Shown: positions 63,057 to 64,000 of the stretch, one piece after another
Layout of the letters: the number at the start of each line of letters is the position of its first letter
How positions within the stretch are numbered: position 1 is the stretch's first letter
Source of the DNA: an uncultured Methanoregulaceae archaeon
Lineage (GTDB): Archaea; Halobacteriota; Methanomicrobia; Methanomicrobiales; Methanospirillaceae
DNA length: 64,000 nt
Direction of reading: 5' to 3'
Assembly (NCBI GenBank): GCA_963705255.1
Contig: OY970061.1
Coordinates: forward strand, 1,216,001 to 1,280,000
The notes under the pieces: generated by a model
What the model was told of the DNA's origin: nothing
Databases searched by the model: none
What the model saw: the letters and a program-made list of their open reading frames with translations, nothing else
Program-made: the position numbers and the translations under genes

Positions 63057-64000
63057 ATGAAAACAATTGGCGTTCTGACAGGAGGGGGCGACTGCCCCGG
63101 GCTCGACGCGGCGATCCGGGCAGTCGTACGGTCGGGAATACGACATGACTTTGAAACACTCGGGATCCGCAACGGGTGGATGGGACTCATCGAAGGCGAT
63201 GTGGAGCCGCTCACCGATTTCTCCGTGTCCGGGATCCTGCCAAAAGGGGGAACTATCCTCGGCACGTCCCGCACCGACCCGCTCAAAAACACATCGGACT
63301 TCCAGAAGATCAAAAATAACATGAAAAAATACGGCATTCATGCCCTTGTTGTCATTGGAGGCGACGGCACCCTCTCGGCTGCACGGGATGTCGCGAAGCA
63401 GGGGATCCCGATTGTGGGCATCCCAAAAACTATAGACAACGATATTCTGGGAACCGATGCCTCGATCGGGTTCGACACCGCGATAACGACCGTGACAGAG
63501 GCCATAGACCGGCTCCATACAACTGCCGAGTCCCATCACCGGATCATCGTGGTCGAAGTGATGGGACGGAACGTGGGCTGGATCGCGATCACGGCTGGAA
63601 TCGCCGGCGGGGCAGACGAGATCCTCATACCCGAAGTGCACTTCACGATGGACGAGGTCTGCAAAAACCTCACGGCGCGGTACGAGGCGGGAAAGAAGTT
63701 TTCCATTGTCGTGATTGCCGAAGGAGCGCACCGCGAGGACATCGGTCTCCTGCCGGTTCCGGAGGACGCAAGGGACGAGTGCGGGCATGAGAAATTCGTG
63801 GGCGTCGGAAACCTTCTCGGCAGGGAGATCGAACACAGGATGGGAGTCGAGACCCGCGTCACGATCCTCGGGTACATCCAGCGGGGCGGTTCACCGACTG
63901 CCTATGACCGCGTGCTCGCAACCCGCTTCGGGGCCGCTGCCGTCCAGCTGGTAAAGGACGGGGAATTCGGGAGGATGGTCGGGCTGGAGGGAAACCGGGT
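63057..64000 (+). CDS. pfkA: 6-phosphofructokinase (PfkA family), runs off the window end
   Basis: Hand translation MKTIGVLTGGGDCPG, GGTILGTSR, IGGDGT, PKTIDND, EVMGR, LGYIQRGG; absent from the ORF track because it has no stop in the window. Confidence 0.93.
   Translation, partial: MKTIGVLTGGGDCPGLDAAIRAVVRSGIRHDFETLGIRNGWMGLIEGDVEPLTDFSVSGILPKGGTILGTSRTDPLKNTSDFQKIKNNMKKYGIHALVVIGGDGTLSAARDVAKQGIPIVGIPKTIDNDILGTDASIGFDTAITTVTEAIDRLHTTAESHHRIIVVEVMGRNVGWIAITAGIAGGADEILIPEVHFTMDEVCKNLTARYEAGKKFSIVVIAEGAHREDIGLLPVPEDARDECGHEKFVGVGNLLGREIEHRMGVETRVTILGYIQRGGSPTAYDRVLATRFGAAAVQLVKDGEFGRMVGLEGNR

Overview
Chromosomal window from a GC-rich methanogenic archaeon. Gene content (split RNA polymerase B''/B' and A'/A'', PEGA, COG1361 and PGF-pre-PGF surface proteins, archaeal phosphoribulokinase) best fits Methanomicrobiales (Methanoregula-like); this placement is inferred. 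Core blocks: PINA ATPase-leuS; PAC2-DUF473; tRNA-Arg; pgk; the rpoH-B''-B'-A'-A''-L30e-nusA operon; tRNA-Lys; two receiver proteins plus roadblock, divergent from minD; tRNA-Pro; and a glycogen/sugar-phosphate cluster (glgP, ADP-dependent kinase, GH57, two GT4, debranching enzyme, PRK, PFK). Accessory regions contain an HAE3 RND transporter with three COG1361 proteins and a 14.5-21.2 kb patch holding a flavodoxin, 32-bp periodic repeats, orphan antitoxin pieces and a two-gene cassette between G-rich direct repeats. The best candidate for a novel system is a four-gene surface locus at 28.4-33.1 kb. It encodes two pilin-like paralogues, a membrane-tethered chaperone-like protein and a PKD/PGF-pre-PGF anchor with a donor-strand-like N-terminus, which I read as a possible usher-less, donor-strand-assembled archaeal filament. 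About eleven single-base frameshifts, one in essential rpoA1, look like sequencing errors; six lie at GTAC or AGCT sites, possibly a methylation footprint. All product calls come from motif recognition, not database searches.
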